41,598 nt of DNA from a virus (Duplodnaviria > Caudoviricetes), in IMG/VR virus record IMGVR_UViG_3300029317_000004, positions 1 through 41,598 of that record; one strand, 5' to 3'. Both the position numbers and the translations under genes were made by a program. Position 1 is the first letter of the stretch, and each line of letters opens with the position of its first letter. Of the stretch, positions 35,665 through 41,598 are shown piece after piece. Under the pieces are notes generated by a model. The model was not told where the DNA came from. It made no database searches and saw only the letters and a list, made by a program, of their open reading frames with translations.

Positions 35665-37176
35665 CTAGTAATTCGTTATGGCATCAACAGGTCTGCGGGT
35701 GACAAACTCGGTATGCTTAATTAAGCGCTCGTAATGCGGGTGAGCTAATAAGCATAAGTATTGAAGTGCGTCATGTGGATGTGAGGAATCGTTCTTAGTA
35801 GGTGCATCTTTGAACTGCGCCTTGCCCATCACTTGCTTACGCTCGTAACAGTAGGACGCATTAAAGCCTTTGCGTAACGCACCACACTCTCTATTGAGCT
35901 GGAAGGCAGGGATGCCATTAGGTGTCTTCTCGGTTAAGAAGTAACGCACGGCGTTGAGCCTAAGTTCTACGTGGTTAGACAGGGCAGGCGAGGTCACAAA
36001 CCAATCACGGAACACGCCCGTTTTAGAATTGTTTAACACATCAAAGTAGTTGAGGCCTTGCTGACTTAAGCCGTGGGAGGCTACACCGGCAGGGTCGCCA
36101 ACACTCTTAATGGTGAACTGACCTTTCGGGTAGAACTCTTCAAGCAGTGGACGTACAAAGTTCTTAGCGAAGTCATGGAGTCCGATATTGTCAGCGACAA
36201 GCTCATGCAGAATACGCAGTTGACCATTAGCCATCTTCTGCCCAATGATGCAGGCTTCGCCACCACGACCCCAATCCCAACCAATCAAGATAGGCTCACC
36301 GGCAATAGCCTTGAGCTGCACCTTGGATAGGTGGTAATCATCAGACCACTGCCTACGGTAAATAGCCTTACCCGATAAGGTGACACCAAAGTTACCGCAG
36401 AACAACACACTAATCTGTTCAGGTGTCATTGAGGTTACTTTGTCTAAGTAGTAGGCTTTGGCGCCAACACCTAAATAGCGGAAGTTCTCACCGTCACTGT
36501 TGAGGCGATAGCCGTCTTCTGCGGTGTTATCCTTCAATAGGGCAGGCGGTTGTTTCCATAGCTCCCAACCTTTCGGACTCGTGTTAAACTTCTCAGACAC
36601 CCAACCGTCATCTTCAGGCGGGTTAGTGTCCAATAGTAACGACACTCGTGTGATAGGGTTGTCCACGTCTACCGCATCAACAGGTGCAGGATAACGGCCT
36701 AACCGTGATAACACCGTCGTCACTACGTCATAATCCATCGCACCACACTCATTAATGAAGCCACCTGTTAACTCTAAGGACTTCAAGTTCTCATAATCTG
36801 TGGGCTTAGCTACAGCCATGAAGATGAACTCAGCATTTAGTTGTGTGCCATCGGCTAACTTATCCGTCCACCTAATTCTCATAGGCGCACTCTCCGTATA
36901 ACGGCGGGTCGTTTCATTAGGCTTCAGCCAGAGCTTGAAGGACTCATAGACCGTATTGCGTAACTGCGGATAGGTTTCGCGAACGATAATCCAACGACTT
37001 GAGCGCTTATTGTGAACATCAGGGCGCTGCATAACAGCTAGCATGATAAGCTCATTAATCATCATCGTAGATTTACCTGAGCCAACACAGCCCATCACTA
37101 ATCGAATGTCAGCATGTGAATCATGGAAGTCAGCACCTGTTGGTGAAGCTTCATAGCGTACGGTTACATCAGCCAT
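35665..37176 (-). CDS. terL: Terminase large subunit
   Basis: Walker A GCVGSGKS, LKSLELTGGFINE, DTNPP, nuclease GWDWG, GDPAG, SHPHDALQY. Confidence 0.93.
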   Translation of the reverse strand: MADVTVRYEASPTGADFHDSHADIRLVMGCVGSGKSTMMINELIMLAVMQRPDVHNKRSSRWIIVRETYPQLRNTVYESFKLWLKPNETTRRYTESAPMRIRWTDKLADGTQLNAEFIFMAVAKPTDYENLKSLELTGGFINECGAMDYDVVTTVLSRLGRYPAPVDAVDVDNPITRVSLLLDTNPPEDDGWVSEKFNTSPKGWELWKQPPALLKDNTAEDGYRLNSDGENFRYLGVGAKAYYLDKVTSMTPEQISVLFCGNFGVTLSGKAIYRRQWSDDYHLSKVQLKAIAGEPILIGWDWGRGGEACIIGQKMANGQLRILHELVADNIGLHDFAKNFVRPLLEEFYPKGQFTIKSVGDPAGVASHGLSQQGLNYFDVLNNSKTGVFRDWFVTSPALSNHVELRLNAVRYFLTEKTPNGIPAFQLNRECGALRKGFNASYCYERKQVMGKAQFKDAPTKNDSSHPHDALQYLCLLAHPHYERLIKHTEFVTRRPVDAITNY

Positions 37177-37213
37177 ATTAAAGCTCCATAGTAGGTGAGT
37201 GTATGTGTGAGGT

Positions 37214-37376
37214 TGTAGAGTGCAGTAATACTGTAGTGGTCAATAAGTGACCATTAGCGTGCAAGGATGCTGTAGAGTGCAGCAAGACTGTAGTGGTCAA
37301 TAAGTGACCATTAGCGTGCTGAGTTTCTAACTAAAAAATAAAAATAGGAAAGCGTTTTGTGGTCAATAAGTGACCA
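37214..37376. repeat. Tandem repeat with three copies of the palindrome TGGTCA-ATAAG-TGACCA
   Basis: 49-bp units at 37214 and 37271 (2 mismatches); 17-bp core at 37237, 37294 and 37360. Confidence 0.9.
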
Positions 37377-37649
37377 GTAGTGTTCTGAGTTGTTACCCTA
37401 ATTGTGAGGGACTTTATGCACCGTTTTGGTGCGATAGAAACAAGAGGTTAGGCGTGTAGCCCTCACCAGAAAACTGTGGAAAACTACGTGATGCCATGCC
37501 CTAGCACAGCAGGCGCTCGTCCTATATAAGGGGGTGGGGTGGGCGGCCTAACGTGTCAAGAAGGGCTTTGAGTCTAGCGAGCGCTACCTATTGAAAGTTG
37601 ATGTTTTCTTTTTATTTCAACAGGTTGTGGCTACTCGCTAGACTTCGCG

Positions 37650-38207
37650 CTATTCCTTGGTCTTCGAATAGTGGGTCTTCTTGATGCCTGAGAAGTCAAA
37701 GGTCACCGCTGGCATGTCATCGCGGAGCTGTTTATCCCATAACATATAGGCTTGTAACTGCTTCCGCGCATTGTCCTGAGAACCCTGATTAAACACGGCT
37801 TGTCCCTCGCGTGATACGGTGACCATGCCTAACACAGGTTTAAACACTGTTTGTACATCACGCGGATTCATCAGAACCCATTTGCTCAGCTTGTCATCCC
37901 ACTCGCACAGGTCACTGATAGAAACACTAGCTTGCACCTTTAGCCGCTCAATGATTGCCGTCTTACTATCTTCTAGCTCTTCGCGTTTCACTGCTTGCAA
38001 CTCTTTAAAAGCTGCCTGAACCTCTGGCCTGACTAATATCTCGCGGCCTCTAGTATGTAGCTGGCGATAGTCGCCCTTGTAGTTGGCGTGTCGAGCGCCT
38101 TCGGTCAGCACTAGCCGTACTAAGTAGCCGTCCAAGAACAGTTGATAGCGCGGTCTTAATTTGTCGTACAACGGTGTGGCTACTTGCTTCTTATTGATTT
38201 CTAACAT
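37650..38207 (-). CDS. terS: Putative terminase small subunit
   Basis: LRPRYQLFLDGYL...TEGARHANY...GREILVRPEVQAA resembles the TerS HTH; first gene of the late arm. Confidence 0.7.
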   Translation of the reverse strand: MLEINKKQVATPLYDKLRPRYQLFLDGYLVRLVLTEGARHANYKGDYRQLHTRGREILVRPEVQAAFKELQAVKREELEDSKTAIIERLKVQASVSISDLCEWDDKLSKWVLMNPRDVQTVFKPVLGMVTVSREGQAVFNQGSQDNARKQLQAYMLWDKQLRDDMPAVTFDFSGIKKTHYSKTKE

Positions 38208-38268
38208 GATTGGTTACTCTTTAATATATGGGGCGGTTAATTTAATTGATTTATTTACACGAAAGCAC

Positions 38269-38297
38269 TTGCGTATGCGCTAATGAAAGACTATATT
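38269..38297 (+). promoter_or_regulatory. Sigma70 early promoter
   Basis: TTGCGT-17 bp-TATATT with AT-rich upstream sequence, before ardA. Confidence 0.7.
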
Positions 38298-38347
38298 ATC
38301 TCTCAAGCGCAAACAGTAGCGCATCATTAACTAAACAAGGAACACAC

Positions 38348-38899
38348 ATGAACGCATTAGCAGCTATGAGCAACCAAGAGTTAACAAACACATCTTCTAT
38401 GTACATTCACTACTGGGAGCTTTCACACTATAACAATGGGCAGCATGTTGGACGCTTCTTTGACCTTGAAGGTGTGACAGAAGACGAACATCAGACAGAA
38501 ATAGCAGAATGGCTTGAGGAGGTTAGCAAGGCTAGCGGTGAACTCTGCGAGGAAATCATAGTAGGTGACGCTGAAGGTATACCGCGTGAGTATCTTGGTG
38601 AATGGTCTATAGATAGCGGGTTCTTTGAGTTCAACGAGTTTCTAAGTAGCACGCACCTAGAGCAGGAAGCTGTCGAAGCTGGACTCTATTTAGACATACC
38701 GCTTGAGAGCTTAGAAGACGCATATCAAGGCTGCTGGTCTTCAGATGAGGACTTTGCAGAGGAGCAAGCCGATTCATGCGGCTTACTAGATAACGCTACT
38801 AGCTGGCCTCTAAACTGCATCGACTGGGAAATGGCAGCACGTGAGCTTATGTATGACTATAGCGAGCATGACGGGCATTACTTCAGCGACAACTATTAA
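38348..38899 (+). CDS. ardA: ArdA antirestriction protein
   Basis: YNNG...G.FFDL, EEIIVGDAEGIP, YQG...SDEDFAEE, IDWEMAAREL; very acidic; AAGGA RBS before ATG 38348. Confidence 0.88.
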   Translation: MNALAAMSNQELTNTSSMYIHYWELSHYNNGQHVGRFFDLEGVTEDEHQTEIAEWLEEVSKASGELCEEIIVGDAEGIPREYLGEWSIDSGFFEFNEFLSSTHLEQEAVEAGLYLDIPLESLEDAYQGCWSSDEDFAEEQADSCGLLDNATSWPLNCIDWEMAARELMYDYSEHDGHYFSDNY

Positions 38900-38959
38900 T
38901 TTTTATTTAACTAGCATTAACGCATACGCAACTAAATAATCACAACAGGATATTATATT

Positions 38960-39304
38960 ATGAGCAACCTACACATTGAAACTAAGTCCGGCTACAGCAT
39001 CCGGTTTGAAGCTCTTCCAGAATACGAGCCAGACCACAGCTTTTGCAGTGGCATATACTTAGAGGACTTATTGCACCGGATAGCTACAGGGCAGTTGGTG
39101 CAGTTCTGCGCGAAGGTGTCCGCACATAGAGAAGGTATAGAGCTAGCGGCAGCTTATCTTGGGAACTGTATCTATGAAAGCGTAGAGGAGTTTTACACCA
39201 CGTTAAAAGGGGATTACTTCGATGATTTAGCAGCAGAGGCTATAGAAGAGGCTGAGGCAGTTAGGGCTAGCTTATGCGTCAACATCGCGGAGGAGCGAGT
39301 ATGA
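38960..39304 (+). CDS. Acidic early hypothetical protein
   Basis: AGGA RBS, 114 aa. Confidence 0.7.
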   Translation: MSNLHIETKSGYSIRFEALPEYEPDHSFCSGIYLEDLLHRIATGQLVQFCAKVSAHREGIELAAAYLGNCIYESVEEFYTTLKGDYFDDLAAEAIEEAEAVRASLCVNIAEERV

Positions 39305-39447
39305 ACAACCACCAGCCACACCTCGACACTCGCAGTATCTTACAACAAGGCGCGTACGGTTCTAAGCTGATATACACGAATGCAAGCTTTAGGACTAAGC
39401 CGAGTCTATTCATCAGACTTAAGCGCTTAATCGGTTTTCGACTATAG
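39301..39447 (+). CDS. Small hypothetical protein (48 aa)
   Basis: GGAGG RBS and ATGA overlap with the upstream stop; open frame to TAG. Confidence 0.5.
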   Translation: MNNHQPHLDTRSILQQGAYGSKLIYTNASFRTKPSLFIRLKRLIGFRL

Positions 39448-39493
39448 CTATCTACAGTGTCTATTAATCCTACTAGATACCTATAGTCTGTAT

Positions 39494-39569
39494 ATGTTTA
39501 GTTTACTGAGGTGGGTTAACACTCAGTTATTACACAGGCCTCTATAGTGGACTATTAGTATTACTATAG
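39494..39569 (-). repeat. Right copy of the long-range inverted repeat
   Basis: Reverse complement of the 1453..1529 blocks. Confidence 0.9.
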
Positions 39570-39584
39570 GTTTATCTTGCAGGG

Positions 39585-39605
39585 TGTTCTTATGGCAAGC
39601 ACTTT
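39585..39605 (-). promoter_or_regulatory. Putative phage RNAP promoter facing the late operon
   Basis: Minus strand AAAGTGCTTGCCATAAGAACA, 20/21 identical to the + strand copies. Confidence 0.6.
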
Positions 39606-39624
39606 TACATTGGGACATATCTAC

Positions 39625-39653
39625 TGGACATATAACAGTTAACTGTTTAAGCT
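39625..39653 (+). promoter_or_regulatory. Sigma70 promoter with palindromic operator candidate
   Basis: TGGACA-17 bp-TAAGCT; the spacer holds the perfect palindrome AACAGTTAACTGTT (39634..39647). Confidence 0.55.
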
Positions 39654-39769
39654 TGCGCTACTGAAGGCGTACGGTAACACATCGGAGGAATGTATGTCTT
39701 TAAGCCGTGGCTTAAGAAACGCCAAGGTCTATACGGAAGCTATACAAACAATAAGAACAGGGAGATAAT

Positions 39770-40192
39770 ATGCACGCAGAACAACTAACACACACACGTA
39801 GTACGGACACTATAGTAATCACTCAAGGACTAACAAAGGAACGCATCATGCTAGCAACTAAACGATTTATTAAGGCTAAAACCCTATTACAGGCAGCTAC
39901 CAAACTTCAAGTAGAAATGACGCAAATAGACGCGCTTATCTTCATTTATAACGCAGGTCGATCAGGCGCAAGGCTCACAGATATGGCAGAGGCTACAGGC
40001 GTGTCTATAAGCGCCGCCGGTCGTACTGCTGCGACTTTCTCAATACAAGGCTACAAGGGCGCTAAAATGAAAGGCTGGGGACTTGCTGAAACCTTCATTG
40101 ATTACAACTTCCCTGCTTTTAAAATGGTGCGCCTAACACCTAAAGGCATCGCTGTTATCGAGGAGTTTCTGAAGGTACTCACCTCAGATTAA
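39770..40192 (+). CDS. MarR-like winged-helix regulator (candidate repressor)
   Basis: LTDMAEATGVSISAAGR HTH and KMVRLTPKG wing; next to att; alternative start ATG 39848 has its own RBS. Confidence 0.8.
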   Translation: MHAEQLTHTRSTDTIVITQGLTKERIMLATKRFIKAKTLLQAATKLQVEMTQIDALIFIYNAGRSGARLTDMAEATGVSISAAGRTAATFSIQGYKGAKMKGWGLAETFIDYNFPAFKMVRLTPKGIAVIEEFLKVLTSD

Positions 40193-40305
40193 ATGATAAG
40201 GCGTTTCATTCTAATGTCATCTTGTGCTACACTGCCTGCCTTCAGAGTCTAGCGCGTAGAATGACTAATCACCTAAGTAGTTGTAAGGGTCAGTCTAACT
40301 AAAAA

Positions 40306-40352
40306 CTTGACATGGATGAGGTCGGTGGTTCGAATCCACTCGTGCCTACCAA
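40306..40352 (+). repeat. attR core (duplicated 3' half of tRNA-Val)
   Basis: Identical to 81..127. Confidence 0.95.
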
Positions 40353-40403
40353 TCTACTGAAACTCTTTATATACCCTCTATTAAAAATTATTAAGGTCCT
40401 AAC

Positions 40404-41598
40404 GTGCCAGTTATTACATTACCGGATGGAAGTCAGCGCGAGTTTTCACAAGCAGTAAGTGTGCTCGAGGTCGCAGCAGATATTGGTGCTGGCCTAGCAA
40501 AGGCTACCGTTGCGGGTAAAGTGAATGGTGAGTTGGTTGATGCCTGCGAATTAATAGAGCAAGACGCTAGTTTATCTATTGTTACTGGGCGTGATGAAGA
40601 AGGTGTCGAGATTATTCGTCACTCAACAGCTCACTTGCTGGGTCACGCTATTAAACAATTATTCCCGGATACGCAAATGGTTATTGGGCCGGTTATCGAT
40701 AACGGCTTTTATTACGATGTGCAAAGTGAACACCGGTTTACACCGGATGACCTTGAAGTGATTCAAAAACGCATGGCAGAGTTGGCGGCAACGGCTTATG
40801 ACGTTGTGAAGACGATGGTGCCAAAAGCAGAGGCTCGAGCGTTATTTGAGTCGCGTGGTGAAACCTATAAAATGCGTTTAATTGACGATATGGGTGATGA
40901 GGTGGTCAACGTTGGCCTTTATCAGCACGAAGAATATACCGATATGTGTCGTGGCCCGCATTTGCCTAATATGTCATTTTGCAAAGCCTTTAAACTCACG
41001 AAGTTAGCCGGTGCTTATTGGCGCGGTGATGCCAATAATGAAATGTTACAGCGTATTTATGGCACGGCTTGGGGCGATAAAAAGGCGCTTAAGAAGTATT
41101 TACACCGTATCGAAGAAGCTGAAAAACGTGATCACCGTAAAATTTCAAAATCATTAGACTTATTCCATTTACAGGAAGAAGCGCCAGGAATGATTTTTTG
41201 GCACGATGCGGGCTTAACAATATACCGTACTATTGAGCAATACATTCGTCGCAAGCTAGAGCTTAATAATTACGTAGAAGTGCGTACGCCGCAATTGGTC
41301 GATAAAACCTTATGGGAAAAGTCGGGTCATTGGGATAAATTCCGCGACGATATGTTTACGGTGGATTCTGATAGCCGTGAATATGCGGTTAAACCAATGA
41401 ATTGCCCTTGCCACGTACAAATTTACAACCAAGGTTTAAAAAGCTACCGAGACTTACCACTAAGAATGGCTGAGTTTGGTTCTTGCCACCGTAACGAGCC
41501 GTCTGGCACCTTGCATGGTTTGATGCGTTTACGTAACTTTATTCAAGATGATGCGCATATCTTCTGTACTGAAAAGCAAATTCAGTCTGAAGTGTCTG
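40404..41598 (+). CDS. thrS: Threonine--tRNA ligase (host; runs off the window)
   Basis: GTG start, [48 protein letters not shown]. Confidence 0.97.
   Translation, partial: MPVITLPDGSQREFSQAVSVLEVAADIGAGLAKATVAGKVNGELVDACELIEQDASLSIVTGRDEEGVEIIRHSTAHLLGHAIKQLFPDTQMVIGPVIDNGFYYDVQSEHRFTPDDLEVIQKRMAELAATAYDVVKTMVPKAEARALFESRGETYKMRLIDDMGDEVVNVGLYQHEEYTDMCRGPHLPNMSFCKAFKLTKLAGAYWRGDANNEMLQRIYGTAWGDKKALKKYLHRIEEAEKRDHRKISKSLDLFHLQEEAPGMIFWHDAGLTIYRTIEQYIRRKLELNNYVEVRTPQLVDKTLWEKSGHWDKFRDDMFTVDSDSREYAVKPMNCPCHVQIYNQGLKSYRDLPLRMAEFGSCHRNEPSGTLHGLMRLRNFIQDDAHIFCTEKQIQSEVS

Larger units (their letters stand above)
81..40352. mobile_element. Prophage, T7-like (RNAP-encoding) temperate podovirus, ~40.3 kb
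   Basis: Flanking att direct repeats, adjacent tyrosine integrase, and replication, packaging and virion gene sets without visible frameshifts. Confidence 0.95.

Noticed and set aside
37214-37376. CRISPR array
   Set aside because: The intervening sequences are themselves duplicated and of unequal length; the core is only 17-19 bp
40306-40352. Second tRNA gene, or a TTGACA-17-TCGAAT promoter
   Set aside because: Only the 3' half of the tRNA is present (attR); the -10 lacks the conserved A and the sequence is constrained by tRNA structure

Overview
Nearly the whole window is an apparently intact ~40.3-kb prophage (81..40352) integrated in the anticodon loop of a tRNA-Val(GAC) gene, bounded by a 47-bp att direct repeat. 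It is followed by the 5' part of the host thrS, which suggests a gammaproteobacterial host. The phage is a hybrid. The + strand arm is T7/Autographivirus-like: tyrosine integrase, single-subunit RNA polymerase, SSB, gp3.5-like amidase fold, primase-helicase, class II RNR, family A DNA polymerase and exonuclease, with ArdA and a MarR-like regulator at the far end. The - strand arm converges on it and is a non-T7 podovirus morphogenesis module: TerS, TerL, a large portal, an N4-gp56-type capsid protein, and tail and ejection proteins. The most striking unexplained feature is an integrase-less array of integron attC sites and small cassettes inside the replication operon (10951..12445). Its attC sites read canonically on the - strand while every cargo ORF is on the + strand, and one attC is interrupted by the 5' part of a group IIC-attC intron. 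Other notable features are a three-block inverted repeat that flanks the MarR-attP-int module in the excised circle, a putative phage RNAP promoter motif, a gp3.5 homologue lacking its catalytic residues, a lipase-lysozyme gene pair and a repeat-rich terS-terL gap. All calls come from reading the sequence; no database searches were run.
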